From assembly GCF_009914755.1 (NCBI RefSeq), contig NC_060946.1: a stretch of DNA of 64,000 nt. The stretch is one strand, 5' to 3'. The notes beneath the pieces were generated by a model, which saw only the letters and a list, made by a program, of their open reading frames with translations, was not told the origin of the DNA and did not search any database. Source of the DNA: the human T2T-CHM13v2.0 reference genome, Homo sapiens. Below are positions 12,001-27,000 of the stretch, piece after piece; the stretch's first letter is position 1; each line of letters starts with the position of its first letter. Position numbers and translations under genes: made by a program.

Positions 12001-15000
12001 TAGAAAGGGACAGGGCTGAAGAACAGAGGTCGCTGCATTTAGAAAGGAGGCGGGGTCAGAGGAATAGAAAGGGATAGGACTGAAGAACAGAGGTCGCTGC
12101 ATTTAGAAAGGAGGCGGGGTCAGAGGAATAGAAAGGGACAGGGCTGAAGAACAGAGGTCGCTGCATTTAGAAAGGAGGCGGGGTCAGAGGAATAGAAAGG
12201 GATAGGACTGAAGAACAGAGGTCGCTGCATTTAGAAAGGAGGCGGGGTTAGAGGAATAGAAAGGGATAGGGCTGAAGAACAGAGGTCGCTGCATTTAGAA
12301 AGGAGGCGGGGTCAGAGGAATAGAAAGGGATAGGGCTGAGGAACACAGGTCGCTGCATTTAGAAAGGAGGCGGGGTCAGAGGAATAGAAAGGGATAGTGC
12401 TGAAGAACACAGGTCGCTGCATTTAGAAAGGAGACGGGGTCAGAGGAATAGAAAGGGATAGGACTGAAGAACACAGGTCGCTGCATTTAGAAAGGAGGCG
12501 GGGTTAGAGGAATAGAAAGGGACAGGGCTGAAGAACAGAGGTCGCTGCATTTAGAAAGGAGGCGGGGTCAGAGGAATCGAAAGGGATAGGGCTGAAGAAC
12601 AGAGGTCGCTGCATTTAGAAAGGAGGCGGGGTCAGAGGAATAGAAAGGGACAGGGCTGAAGAACACAGGTCGCTGCATTTAGAAAGGAGGCGGGGTCAGA
12701 GGAATAGAAAGGGACAGGGCTGAAGAACAGAGGTCGCTGCATTTAGAAAGGAGGCGGGGTCAGAGGAATAGAAAGGGATAGGCCTGAAGAACACAGGTCG
12801 CTGCATTTAGAAAGGAGGCGGGGTCAGAGGAATAGAAAGGGACAGGGCTGAAGAACAGAGGTCGCTGCATTGAGAAAGGAGGCGGGGTCAGAGGAATAGA
12901 AAGGGATAGGCCTGAAGAACACAGGTCGCTGCATTTAGAAAGGAGGCGGGGTCAGAGGAATAGAAAGGGACAGGGCTGAAGAACAGAGGTCGCTGCATTG
13001 AGAAAGGAGGCGGGGTCAGAGGAATAGAAAGGGATAGGCCTGAAGAACAGAGGTCGCTGCATTGAGAAAGGAGGCGGGGTCAGAAGAATAGAAAGGGATA
13101 GGCCTGAAGAACACAGGTCGCTGCATTTAGAAAGGAGGCGGGGTTAGAGGAATAGAAAGGGACAGGGCTGAAGAACACAGGTCGCTGCATTTAGAAAGGA
13201 GGCGGGGTCAGAGGAATAGAAAGTGATAGGGCTGAAGGACAGAGGTCGCTGCATTTAGAAAGGAGGCGGGGTCAGAGGAATAGAAAGGGACAGGGCTGAA
13301 GAACACAGGTCGCTGCATTTAGAAAGCAGGCGGGGTCAGAGGAATAGAAAGGGATAGGGCTGAAGAACAGAGGTCGCTGCATTTAGAAAGGAGGCGGGGT
13401 CAGAGGAATAGAAAGGGATAGGGCTGAAGAACACAGGTCGCTGCATTTAGAAAGGAGGCGGGGTCAGAGGAATAGAAAGGGATAGGGCTGAAGAACAGAG
13501 GTCGCTGCATTTAGAAAGGAGGCGGGGTCAGAGGAATAGAAAGGGATAGGGCTGAAGAACAGAGGTCGCTGCATTTAGAAAGGAGGCGGGGTCAGAGGAA
13601 TAGAAAGGGATAGGGCTGAAGAACAGAGGTCGCTGCATTTAGAAAGGAGGCGGGGTCAGAGGAATAGAAAGGGACAGGGCTGAAGAACAGAGGTCGCTGC
13701 ATTTAGAAAGGAGGCGGGGTCAGAGGAATAGAAAGGGATAGGGATGAAGAACACAGGTCGCTGCATTTAGAAAGGAGGCGGGGTTAGAGGAATAGAAAGG
13801 GACAGGGCTGAAGAACACAGGTCGCTGCATTTAGAAAGGAGGCGGGGTCAGAGGAATAGAAAGGGATAGGGCTGAAGAGCAGAGGTCGCTGCATTTAGAA
13901 AGGAGGCGGGGTCAGAGGAATAGAAAGGGATAGGCCTGAAGAACAGAGGTCGCTGCATTTAGAAAGGAGGCGGGGTCAGAGGAATAGAAAGGGACAGGGC
14001 TGAAGAACAGAGGTCGCTGTATTTAGAAAGGAGGCGGGGTCAGAGGAATAGAAAGGGTTAGGGCTGAAGAACAGAGGTCGCTGCATTTAGAAAGGAGGCG
14101 GGGTCAGAGGAATAGAAAGGGATAGGAGTGAAGAACACAGGTCGCTGCATTTAGAAAGGAGGCGGGGTCAGAGGAATAGAAAGGGTTAGGGCTGAAGAAC
14201 ACAGGTCGCTGCATTTAGAAAGGAGGCGGGGTCAGAGGAATAGAAAGGGATAGGGCTGAAGAACAGAGGTCGCTGCATTTAGAAAGGAGGCGGGGTCAGA
14301 GGAATAGAAACGGACAGGGCTGAAGAACAGAGGTCGCTGCATTTAGAAAGGAGGCGGGGTCAGAGGAATAGAAAGGGATAGGGCTGAAGAACAGAGGTCG
14401 CTGCATTTAGAAAGGAGGCGGGGTCAGAGGAATAGAAAGGGATAGGGGCTGAAGAACAGAGGTCGCTGCATTTAGAAAGGACGCGGGGTCAGAGGAATAG
14501 AAAGGGACAGGGCTGAAGAACACAGGTCGCTGCATTTAGAAAGGAGGCGGGGTCAGAGGAATAGAAAGAGATAGGGCTGAAGAACACAGGTCGCTGCATT
14601 TAGAAAGTAGGCGGGGTCAGAGGAATAGAAAGGGATAGGGCTGAAGAACACAGGTCGCTGCATTTAGAAAGGAGGCGGGGTCAGAGGAATAGAAAGGGAT
14701 AGGCCTGAAGAACACAGGGCGCTGCATTTAGAAAGGAGGCGGGGTCAGAGGAATAGAAAGGGACAGGGCTGAAGAACACAGGTCGCTGCATTTAGAAAGG
14801 AGGCGGGGTCAGAGGAATAGAAAGGGATAGGGCTGAAGAACAGAGGTCGCTGCATTTAGAAAGGAGGCGGGGTCAGAGGAATAGAAAGGGATAGGGCTGA
14901 AGAACAGAGGTCGCTGCATTTAGAAAGGAGGCGGGGTCAGAGGAATAGAAAGGGACAGGGCTGAAGAACACAGGTCGCTGTATTTAGAAAGGAGGCGGGG

Positions 15001-18000
15001 TCAGAGGAATAGAAAGGGATAGGGCTGAAGAACAGAGGTCGCTGCATTTAGAAAGGAGGTGGGGTCAGAGGAATAGAAAGGGACAGGGCTGAAGAACACA
15101 GGTCGCTGCATTTAGAAAGGAGGCGGGGTCAGAGGAATAGAAAGGGACAGGGCTGAAGAACAGAGGTCGCTGCATTTAGAAAGGAGGCGGGGTCAGAGGA
15201 ATAGAAAGGGATAGGCCTGAAGAACAGAGGTCGCTGCATTTAGAAAGGAGGCGGGGTCAGAGGAATAGAAAGGGATAGGGCTGAAGAACAGAGGTCGCTG
15301 CATTTAGAAAGGAGGCGGGGTCAGAGGAATAGAAAGGGATAGGCCTGAAGAACACAGGTCGCTGCATTTAGAAAGGAGGCGGGGTCAGAGGAATAGAAAG
15401 GGATAGGGCTGAAGAACAGAGGTCGCTGCATTTAGAAAGGAGGCGGGGTCAGAGGAATAGAAAGGGATAGGCCTGAAGAACACAGGTCGCTGCATTTAGA
15501 AAGGAGGCGGGGTCAGAGGAATAGAAAGGGATAGGGCTGAAGAACAGAGGTCGCTGCATTTAGAAAGGAGGCGGGGTCAGAGGAATAGAAAGGGATAGGG
15601 CTGAAGAACAGAGGTCGCTGCATTTAGAAAGGAGGCGGGGTCAGAGGAATAGAAAGGGATAGGGCTGAAGAACAGAGGTCGCTGCATTTAGAAAGGAGGC
15701 GGGGTCAGAGGAATAGAAAGGGACAGGGCTGAAGAACAGAGGTCGCTGCATTTAGAAAGGAGGCGGGGTCAGAGGAATAGAAAGGGATAGGGCTGAAGAA
15801 CACAGGTCGCTGCATTTAGAAAGGAGGCGGGGTCAGAGGAATAGAAAGGGACAGGGCTGAAGAACACAGGTCGCTGCATTTAGAAAGGAGGCGGGGTCAG
15901 AGGAATAGAAAGGGATAGGGCTGAAGAACAGAGGTCGCTGCATTTAGAAAGGAGGCGGGGTCAGAGGAATAGAAACGGACAGGGCTGAAGAACAGAGGTC
16001 GCTGCATTTAGAAAGGAGGCGGGGTCAGAGGAATAGAAAGGGATAGGAGTGAAGAACACAGGTCGCTGCATTTAGAAAGAGGCGGGGTCAGAGGAATAGA
16101 AAGGGACATGGCTGAAGAACACAGGTCGCTGCATTTAGACAGGAGGCGGGGTCAGAGGAATAGAAAGGGATAGGGCTGAAGAACACAGGTCGCTGCATTT
16201 AGAAAGGAGGCGGGGTTACAGGAATAGAAAGGGACAGGGCTGAAGAACACAGGTCGCTGCATTTAGAAAGGAGGCGGGGTTAGAGGAATAGAAAGGGATA
16301 GGACTGAAGAACACAGGTCGCTGCATTTAGAAAGGAGGCGGGGTCAGAGGAATAGAAACGGACAGGGCTGAAGAACACAGGTCGCTGCATTTAGAAAGGA
16401 GGCGGAGTCAGAGGAATAGAAAGGGACAGGCCTGAAGAACACAGGTCGCTGCATTTAGAAAGGAGGCGGGGTCAGAGGTATAGAAAGGGATCGGGCTGAA
16501 GAACACAGGTCGCTGCATTTAGAAAGGAGGCGGGGTCAGAGGAATAGAAAGGGATAGGGCTGAAGAACAGAGGTCGCTGTATTTAGAAAGGAGGCGGGGT
16601 CAGAGGAATAGAAAGGGATAGGACTGAAGAACACAGGTCGCTGCATTTAGAAAGGAGGCGGGGTCAGAGGAATAGAAAGGGATAGGACTGAAGAACACAG
16701 GTCGCTGCATTTAGAAAGGAGGCGTGGTCAGAGGAATAGAAAAGGATAGGGCTGAAGAACACAGGTCGCTGCATTTAGAAAGGAGGCGGGGTCAGAGGAA
16801 TAGAAAGGGATAGGGCTGAAGAACAGAGGTCGCTGCATTGAGAAAGGAGGCGGGGTCAGAGGAATAGAAAGGGACAGGGCTGAAGAACACAGGTCGCTGT
16901 ATTTAGAAAGGAGGCTGGGTCAGAGGAATAGAAAGGGATAGGGCTGAAGAACACAGGTCGCTGCATTTAGAAAGGAGGCGGGGTCAGAGGAATAGAAAGG
17001 GACAGGGCTGAAGAACACAGGTCGCTGCATTTAGAAAGGAGGCGGGGTCAGAGGAATAGAAAGGGATAGGGCTGAAGAACAGAGGTCGCTGCATTGAGAA
17101 AGGAGGCGGGGTCAGAGGAATAGAAAGGGATAGGGCTGAAGAACACAGGTCGCTGCATTGAGAAAGAAGGCGGGGTCAGAGGAATAGAAAGGGATAGGGC
17201 TGAAGAACAGAGGTCGCTGCATTTAGAAAGGAGGCGGGGTCAGAGGAATAGAAAGGGACAGGGCTGAAGAACACAGGTCGCTGTATTTAGAAAGGAGGCT
17301 GGGTCAGAGGAATAGAAAGGGATAGGGCTGAAGAACACAGGTCGCTGCATTTAGAAAGGAGGCGGGGTCAGAGGAATAGAAAGGGATAGGCCTGAAGAAC
17401 AGAGGTCGCTGCATTTAGAAAGGAGGCGGGGTCAGAGGAATAGAAAGGGATAGGGCTGAAGAACACAGGTCGCTGCATTTAGAAAGGAGGCGGGGTCAGA
17501 GGAATAGAAAGGGACAGGGCTGAAGAACACAGGTCGCTGCATTTAGAAAGGAGGCGGGGTCAGAGGAATAGAAAGGGATAGGGCTGAAGAACACAGGTCG
17601 CTGCATTTAGAAAGGAGGCGGGGTCAGAGGAATAGAAAGGGATAGGGCTGAAGAACACAGGTCGCTGCATTTAGAAAGGAGGCGGGGTCAGAGGAATAGA
17701 AAGGGACAGGGCTGAAGAACAGAGGTCGCTGCATTTAGAAAGGAGGCGGGGTCAGAGGAATAGAAAGGGATAGGGCTGAAGAACACAGGTCGCTGCATTT
17801 AGAAAGGAGGCGGGGTCAGAGGAATACAAAGGGATAGGCCTGAAGAACACAGGTCGCTGCATTTAGAAAGGAGGCGGGGTCAGAGGAATACAAAGGGATA
17901 GGCCTGAAGAACACAGGTCGCTGCATTTAGAAAGGAGGCGGGGTCAGAGGAATACAAAGGGATAGGCCTGAAGAACACAGGTCGCTGTATTTAGAAAGGA

Positions 18001-21000
18001 GGCGGGGTCAGAGGAATAGAAAGGGATAGGGCTGAAGAACAGAGGTCGCTGCATTTAGAAAGGAGGCGGGTTCAGAGGAATAGAAAGGGATAGGGCTGAA
18101 GAACAGAGGTCGCTGCATTTAGAAAGGAGGCGGGGTCAGAGGAATAGAAAGGGATAGGGCTGAAGAACAGAGGTCGCTGTATTTAGAAAGGAGGTGGGGT
18201 CAGAGGAATAGAAAGGGATAGGGCTGAAGAACAGAGGTCGCTGCATTTCGAAAGGAGACGGGGTCAGAGGAATAGAAAGGGATAGGGCTGAAGAACAGAG
18301 GTCGCTGCATTTAGAAAGGAGGCGGGGTCAGAGGAATAGAAAGGGATAGGGGCTGAAGAACAGAGGTCGCTGCATTTAGAAAGGACGCGGGGTCAGAGGA
18401 ATAGAAAGGGACAGGGCTGAAGAACACAGGTCGCTGCATTTAGAAAGGAGGCGGGGTCAGAGGAATAGAAAGAGATAGGGCTGAAGAACACAGGTCGCTG
18501 CATTTAGAAAGTAGGCGGGGTCAGAGGAATAGAAAGGGATAGGGCTGAAGAACACAGGTCGCTGCATTTAGAAAGGAGGCGGGGTCAGAGGAATAGAAAG
18601 GGATAGGCCTGAAGAACACAGGGCGCTGCATTTAGAAAGGAGGCGGGGTCAGAGGAATAGAAAGGGACAGGGCTGAAGAACACAGGTCGCTGCATTTAGA
18701 AAGGAGGCGGGGTCAGAGGAATAGAAAGGGATAGGGCTGAAGAACAGAGGTCGCTGCATTTAGAAAGGAGGCGGGGTCAGAGGAATAGAAAGGGATAGGG
18801 CTGAAGAACAGAGGTCGCTGCATTTAGAAAGGAGGCGGGGTCAGAGGAATAGAAAGGGACAGGGCTGAAGAACACAGGTCGCTGTATTTAGAAAGGAGGC
18901 GGGGTCAGAGGAATAGAAAGGGATAGGGCTGAAGAACAGAGGTCGCTGCATTTAGAAAGGAGGTGGGGTCAGAGGAATAGAAAGGGACAGGGCTGAAGAA
19001 CACAGGTCGCTGCATTTAGAAAGGAGGCGGGGTCAGAGGAATAGAAAGGGACAGGGCTGAAGAACAGAGGTCGCTGCATTTAGAAAGGAGGCGGGGTCAG
19101 AGGAATAGAAAGGGATAGGCCTGAAGAACAGAGGTCGCTGCATTTAGAAAGGAGGCGGGGTCAGAGGAATAGAAAGGGATAGGGCTGAAGAACAGAGGTC
19201 GCTGCATTTAGAAAGGAGGCGGGGTCAGAGGAATAGAAAGGGATAGGCCTGAAGAACACAGGTCGCTGCATTTAGAAAGGAGGCGGGGTCAGAGGAATAG
19301 AAAGGGATAGGGCTGAAGAACAGAGGTCGCTGCATTTAGAAAGGAGGCGGGGTCAGAGGAATAGAAAGGGATAGGCCTGAAGAACACAGGTCGCTGCATT
19401 TAGAAAGGAGGCGGGGTCAGAGGAATAGAAAGGGATAGGGCTGAAGAACAGAGGTCGCTGCATTTAGAAAGGAGGCGGGGTCAGAGGAATAGAAAGGGAT
19501 AGGGCTGAAGAACAGAGGTCGCTGCATTTAGAAAGGAGGCGGGGTCAGAGGAATAGAAAGGGATAGGGCTGAAGAACAGAGGTCGCTGCATTTAGAAAGG
19601 AGGCGGGGTCAGAGGAATAGAAAGGGACAGGGCTGAAGAACAGAGGTCGCTGCATTTAGAAAGGAGGCGGGGTCAGAGGAATAGAAAGGGATAGGGCTGA
19701 AGAACACAGGTCGCTGCATTTAGAAAGGAGGCGGGGTCAGAGGAATAGAAAGGGACAGGGCTGAAGAACACAGGTCGCTGCATTTAGAAAGGAGGCGGGG
19801 TTAGAGGAATAGAAAGGGATAGGGCTGAAGAACACAGGTCGCTGCATTTAGAAAGGAGGCGGGGTCAGAGGAATAGAAAGGGACAGGGCTGAAGAACACA
19901 GGTCGCTGCATTTAGAAAGGAGGCGGGGTCAGAGGAATAGAAAGGGATAGTGCTGAAGAACAGAGGTCGCTGCATTGAGAAAGGAGGCGGGGTCAGAGGA
20001 ATAGAAAGGGATAGGGCTGAAGAACAGAGGTCGCTGCATTTAGAAAGGAGGCGGGGTCAGAGGAATAGAAAGGGACAGGGCTGAAGAATAGAGGTCGCTG
20101 CATTTAGAAAGGAGGCGGCGTTAGAGGAATAGAAAGGGATAGGCCTGAAGAACAGAGGTCGCTGCATTGAGAAAGGAGGCGGGGTTAGAGGAATAGAAAG
20201 GGATAGGGCTGAAGAACACAGGTCGCTGCATTTAGAAAGGAGGCGGGGTCAGAGGAATAGAAAGGGATAGGGCTGAAGAACACAGGTCGCTGCATTTAGA
20301 AAGGAGGCGGGGTCAGAGGAATAGAAAGGGATAGGGCTGAAGAACACAGGTCGCTGCATTTAGAAAGGAGGCGGGGTCAGAGGAATAGAAAGGGATAGTG
20401 CTGAAGAACAGAGGTCGCTGCATTGAGAAAGGAGGCGGGGTCAGAGGAATAGAAAGGGATAGTGCTGAAGAACAGAGGTCGCTGCATTTAGAAAGGAGGT
20501 GGGGTCAGAGGAATAGAAAGGGATAGGGCTGAAGAACACAGGTCGCTGCATTTAGAAAGGAGGCGGGGTCAGAGGAATAGAAAGGGACAGGGCTGAAGAA
20601 CAGAGGTCGCTGCATTTAGAAAGGAGGCGGGGTCAGAGGAATAGAAAGGGATAGGGCTGAAGAACAGAGGTCGCTGCATTTAGAAAGGAGGCGGGGTCAG
20701 AGAAATAGAAAGGGACAGGGCTGAAGAACAGAGGTCGCTGCATTTAGAAAGGAGGCGGGGTCAGAGGAATAGAAAGGGATAGGGCTGAAGAACACAGGTC
20801 GCTGCATTTAGAAAGGAGGCGGGGTCAGAGGAATAGAAAGGGATAGGGCTGAAGAACAGAGGTCGCTGCATTTAGAAAGGAGGCGGGGTCAGAGGAATAG
20901 AAAGGGACAGGGCTGAAGAACAGAGGTCGCTGCATTGAGAAAGGAGGCGGGGTTAGAGGAATAGAAAGGGACAGGGCTGAAGAACAGAGGTCGCTGCATT

Positions 21001-24000
21001 TAGAAAGGAGGCGGGGTCAGAGGAATAGAAAGGGATAGTGCTGAAGAACAGAGGTCGCTGCATTGAGAAAGGAGGCGGGGTCAGAGGAATAGAAAGGGAT
21101 AGGGCTGAAGAACACAGGTCGCTGCATTTAGAAAGGAGGCGGGGTCAGAGGAATAGAAAGGGACAGGGCTGAAGAACACAGGTCGCTGCATTTAGAAAGG
21201 AGGCGGGGTCAGAGGAATAGAAAGGGACAGGGCTGAAGAACACAGGTCGCTGCATTTAGAAAGGAGGCGGGGTTAGAGGAATAGAAAGGGATAGGGCTGA
21301 AGAACACAGGTCGCTGCATTTAGAAAGGAGGCGGGGTCAGAGGAATAGAAAGGGACAGGGCTGAAGAACACAGGTCGCTGCATTTAGAAAGGAGGCGGGG
21401 TCAGAGGAATAGAAAGGGATAGGGCTGAAGAACACAGGTCGCTGCATTTAGAAAGGAGGCGGGGTCAGAGGAATAGAAAGGGATAGGGCTGAAGAACACA
21501 GGTCGCTGCATTTAGAAAGGAGGCGGGGTCAGAGGAATAGAAAGGGACAGGGCTGAAGAACAGAGGTCGCTGCATTTAGAAAGGAGGCGGGGTCAGAGGA
21601 ATAGAAAGGGATAGGGCTGAAGAACACAGGTCGCTGCATTTAGAAAGGAGGCGGGGTCAGAGGAATACAAAGGGATAGGCCTGAAGAACACAGGTCGCTG
21701 CATTTAGAAAGGAGGCGGGGTCAGAGGAATACAAAGGGATAGGCCTGAAGAACACAGGTCGCTGCATTTAGAAAGGAGGCGGGGTCAGAGGAATACAAAG
21801 GGATAGGCCTGAAGAACACAGGTCGCTGTATTTAGAAAGGAGGCGGGGTCAGAGGAATAGAAAGGGATAGGGCTGAAGAACAGAGGTCGCTGCATTTAGA
21901 AAGGAGGCGGGTTCAGAGGAATAGAAAGGGATAGGGCTGAAGAACAGAGGTCGCTGCATTTAGAAAGGAGGCGGGGTCAGAGGAATAGAAAGGGATAGGG
22001 CTGAAGAACAGAGGTCGCTGTATTTAGAAAGGAGGTGGGGTCAGAGGAATAGAAAGGGATAGGGCTGAAGAACAGAGGTCGCTGCATTTCGAAAGGAGAC
22101 GGGGTCAGAGGAATAGAAAGGGATAGGGCTGAAGAACAGAGGTCGCTGCATTTAGAAAGGAGGCGGGGTCAGAGGAATAGAAAGGGATAGGGGCTGAAGA
22201 ACAGAGGTCGCTGCATTTAGAAAGGACGCGGGGTCAGAGGAATAGAAAGGGACAGGGCTGAAGAACACAGGTCGCTGCATTTAGAAAGGAGGCGGGGTCA
22301 GAGGAATAGAAAGGGATAGGGCTGAAGAACACAGGTCGCTGCATTTAGAAAGTAGGCGGGGTCAGAGGAATAGAAAGGGATAGGGCTGAAGAACACAGGT
22401 CGCTGCATTTAGAAAGGAGGCGGGGTCAGAGGAATAGAAAGGGATAGGCCTGAAGAACACAGGGCGCTGCATTTAGAAAGGAGGCGGGGTCAGAGGAATA
22501 GAAAGGGACAGGGCTGAAGAACACAGGTCGCTGCATTTAGAAAGGAGGCGGGGTCAGAGGAATAGAAAGGGATAGGGCTGAAGAACAGAGGTCGCTGCAT
22601 TTAGAAAGGAGGCGGGGTCAGAGGAATAGAAAGGGATAGGGCTGAAGAACAGAGGTCGCTGCATTTAGAAAGGAGGCGGGGTCAGAGGAATAGAAAGGGA
22701 CAGGGCTGAAGAACACAGGTCGCTGTATTTAGAAAGGAGGCGGGGTCAGAGGAATAGAAAGGGATAGGGCTGAAGAACAGAGGTCGCTGCATTTAGAAAG
22801 GAGGTGGGGTCAGAGGAATAGAAAGGGACAGGGCTGAAGAACACAGGTCGCTGCATTTAGAAAGGAGGCGGGGTCAGAGGAATAGAAAGGGACAGGGCTG
22901 AAGAACAGAGGTCGCTGCATTTAGAAAGGAGGCGGGGTCAGAGGAATAGAAAGGGATAGGCCTGAAGAACAGAGGTCGCTGCATTTAGAAAGGAGGCGGG
23001 GTCAGAGGAATAGAAAGGGATAGGGCTGAAGAACAGAGGTCGCTGCATTTAGAAAGGAGGCGGGGTCAGAGGAATAGAAAGGGATAGGCCTGAAGAACAC
23101 AGGTCGCTGCATTTAGAAAGGAGGCGGGGTCAGAGGAATAGAAAGGGATAGGGCTGAAGAACAGAGGTCGCTGCATTTAGAAAGGAGGCGGGGTCAGAGG
23201 AATAGAAAGGGATAGGCCTGAAGAACACAGGTCGCTGCATTTAGAAAGGAGGCGGGGTCAGAGGAATAGAAAGGGATAGGGCTGAAGAACAGAGGTCGCT
23301 GCATTTAGAAAGGAGGCGGGGTCAGAGGAATAGAAAGGGATAGGGCTGAAGAACAGAGGTCGCTGCATTTAGAAAGGAGGCGGGGTCAGAGGAATAGAAA
23401 GGGATAGGGCTGAAGAACAGAGGTCGCTGCATTTAGAAAGGAGGCGGGTTCAGAGGAATAGAAAGGGACAGGGCTGAAGAACAGAGGTCGCTGCATTTAG
23501 AAAGGAGGCGGGGTCAGAGGAATAGAAAGGGATAGGGCTGAAGAACACAGGTCGCTGCATTTAGAAAGGAGGCGGGGTCAGAGGAATAGAAAGGGACAGG
23601 GCTGAAGAACACAGGTCGCTGCATTTAGAAAGGAGGCGGGGTTAGAGGAATAGAAAGGGATAGGGCTGAAGAACACAGGTCGCTGCATTTAGAAAGGAGG
23701 CGGGGTCAGAGGAATAGAAAGGGATAGTGCTGAAGAACAGAGGTCGCTGCATTGAGAAAGGAGGCGGGGTCAGAGGAATAGAAAGGGATAGGGCTGAAGA
23801 ACAGAGGTCGCTGCATTTAGAAAGGAGGCGGGGTCAGAGGAATAGAAAGGGACAGGGCTGAAGAATAGAGGTCGCTGCATTTAGAAAGGAGGCGGCGTTA
23901 GAGGAATAGAAAGGGATAGGCCTGAAGAACAGAGGTCGCTGCATTGAGAAAGGAGGCGGGGTTAGAGGAATAGAAAGGGATAGGGCTGAAGAACACAGGT

Positions 24001-27000
24001 CGCTGCATTTAGAAAGGAGGCGGGGTCAGAGGAATAGAAAGGGATAGGGCTGAAGAACACAGGTCGCTGCATTTAGAAAGGAGGCGGGGTCAGAGGAATA
24101 GAAAGGGATAGGGCTGAAGAACACAGGTCGCTGCATTTAGAAAGGAGGCGGGGTCAGAGGAATAGAAAGGGATAGTGCTGAAGAACAGAGGTCGCTGCAT
24201 TGAGAAAGGAGGCGGGGTCAGAGGAATAGAAAGGGATAGTGCTGAAGAACAGAGGTCGCTGCATTTAGAAAGGAGGCGGGGTCAGAGGAATAGAAAGGGA
24301 TAGGGCTGAAGAACACAGGTCGCTGCATTTAGAAAGGAGGCGGGGTCAGAGGAATAGAAAGGGACAGGGCTGAAGAACAGAGGTCGCTGCATTTAGAAAG
24401 GAGGCGGGGTCAGAGGAATAGAAAGGGATAGGGCTGAAGAACAGAGGTCGCTGCATTTAGAAAGGAGGCGGGGTCAGAGAAATAGAAAGGGACAGGGCTG
24501 AAGAACAGAGGTCGCTGCATTTAGAAAGGAGGCGGGGTCAGAGGAATAGAAAGGGATAGGGCTGAAGAACACAGGTCGCTGCATTTAGAAAGGAGGCGGG
24601 GTCAGAGGAATAGAAAGGGATAGGGCTGAAGAACAGAGGTCGCTGCATTTAGAAAGGAGGCGGGGTCAGAGGAATAGAAAGGGACAGGGCTGAAGAACAG
24701 AGGTCGCTGCATTGAGAAAGGAGGCGGGGTTAGAGGAATAGAAAGGGACAGGGCTGAAGAACAGAGGTCGCTGCATTTAGAAAGGAGGCGGGGTCAGAGG
24801 AATAGAAAGGGATAGTGCTGAAGAACAGAGGTCGCTGCATTGAGAAAGGAGGCGGGGTCAGAGGAATAGAAAGGGATAGGGCTGAAGAACACAGGTCGCT
24901 GCATTTAGAAAGGAGGCGGGGTCAGAGGAATAGAAAGGGACAGGGCTGAAGAACACAGGTCGCTGCATTTAGAAAGGAGGCGGGGTCAGAGGAATAGAAA
25001 GGGACAGGGCTGAAGAACACAGGTCGCTGCATTTAGAAAGGAGGCGGGGTTAGAGCAATAGAAAGGGATAGGGCTGAAGAACACAGGTCGCTGCATTTAG
25101 AAAGGAGGCGGGGTCAGAGGAATAGAAAGGGACAGGGCTGAAGAACACAGGTCGCTGCATTTAGAAAGGAGGCGGGGTCAGAGGAATAGAAAGGGATAGT
25201 GTTGAAGAACAGAGGTCGCTGCATTGAGAAAGGAGGCGGGGTCAGAGGAATAGAAAGGGATAGGGCTGAAGAACAGAGGTCGCTGCATTTAGAAAGGAGG
25301 CGGGGTCAGAGGAATAGAAAGGGACAGGGCTGAAGAACAGAGGTCGCTGCATTTAGAAAGGAGGCGGGGTTAGAGGAATAGAAAGGGATAGGCCTGAAGA
25401 ACAGAGGTCGCTGCATTGAGAAAGGAGGCGGGGTTAGAGGAATAGAAAGGGATAGGGCTGAAGAACACAGGTCGCTGCATTTAGAAAGGAGGCGGGGTCA
25501 GAGGAATAGAAAGGGATAGGGCTGAAGAACACAGGTCGCTGCATTTAGAAAGGAGGCGGGGTCAGAGGAATAGAAAGGGACAGGGCTGAAGAACACAGGT
25601 CGCTGCATTTAGAAAGGAGGCGGGGTCAGAGGAATAGAAAGGGACAGGGCTGAAGAACACAGGTCGCTGCATTTAGAAAGGAGGCGGGGTCAGAGGAATA
25701 GAAAGGGACAGGGCTGAAGAACACAGGTCGCTGCATTTAGAAAGGAGGCGGGGTCAGAGGAATAGAAAGGGATAGGGCTGAAGAACAGAGGTCGCTGCAT
25801 TGAGAAAGGAGGCGGGGTCAGAGGAATAGAAAGGGATAGTGCTGAAGAACAGAGGTCGCTGCATTTAGAAAGGAGGCGGGGTCAGAGGAATAGAAAGGGA
25901 TAGGGCTGAAGAACACAGGTCGCTGCATTTAGAAAGGAGGCGGGGTCAGAGGAATAGAAAGGGACAGGGCTGAAGAACAGAGGTCGCTGCATTTAGAAAG
26001 GAGGCGGGGTTAGAGGAATAGAAAGGGATAGGGCTGAAGAACAGAGGTCGCTGCATTTAGAAAGGAGGCGGGGTCAGAGGAATAGAAAGGGATAGGGCTG
26101 AAGAACACAGGTCGCTGCATTTAGAAAGGAGGCGGGGTCAGAGGAATAGAAAGGGACAGGGCTGAAGAACAGAGGTCGCTGCATTTAGAAAGGAGGCGGG
26201 GTCAGAGGAATAGAAAGGGACAGGACTGAAGAACACAGGTCGCTGCATTTAGAAAGGAGGCGGGGTCAGAGGAATAGAAAGGGACAGGGCTGAAGAACAG
26301 AGGTCGCTGCATTTAGAAAGGAGGCGGGGTCAGAGGAATAGAAAGGGACAGGGCTGAAGAACAGAGGTCGCTGCATTTAGAAAGGAGGCGGGGTCAGAGG
26401 AATAGAAAGGGACAGGGCTGAAGAACAGAGGTCGCTGCATTTAGAAAGGAGGCGGGGTCAGAGGAATAGAAAGGGATAGGGCTGAAGAACAGAGGTCGCT
26501 GCATTTAGAAAGGAGGCGGGGTCAGAGGAATGGAAAGGGACAGGGCTGAAGAACAGAGGTCGCTGCATTTAGAAAGGAGGCGGGGTCAGAGGAATAGAAA
26601 GGGATAGGGCTGAAGAACACAGGTCGCTGCATTTAGAAAGGAGGCGGGGTCAGAGGAATAGAAAGGGACAGGGCTGAAGAACAGAGGTCGCTGCATTTAG
26701 AAAGGAGGCGGGGTCAGAGGAATAGAAAGGGATAGGGCTGAAGAACACAGGTCGCTGTATTTAGAAAGGAGGCGGGGTCAGAGGAATAGAAAGGGATAGG
26801 GCTGAAGAACAGAGGTCGCTGCATTTAGAAAGGAGGCGGGGTTAGAGGAATAGAAAGGGACAGGGCTGAAGAACACAGGTCGCTGTATTTAGAAAGGAGG
26901 CGGGGTCAGAGGAATAGAAAGGGATAGGGCTGAAGAACAGAGGTCGCTGCATTTAGAAAGGAGGCGGGGTCAGAGGAATGGAAAGGGACAGGGCTGAAGA

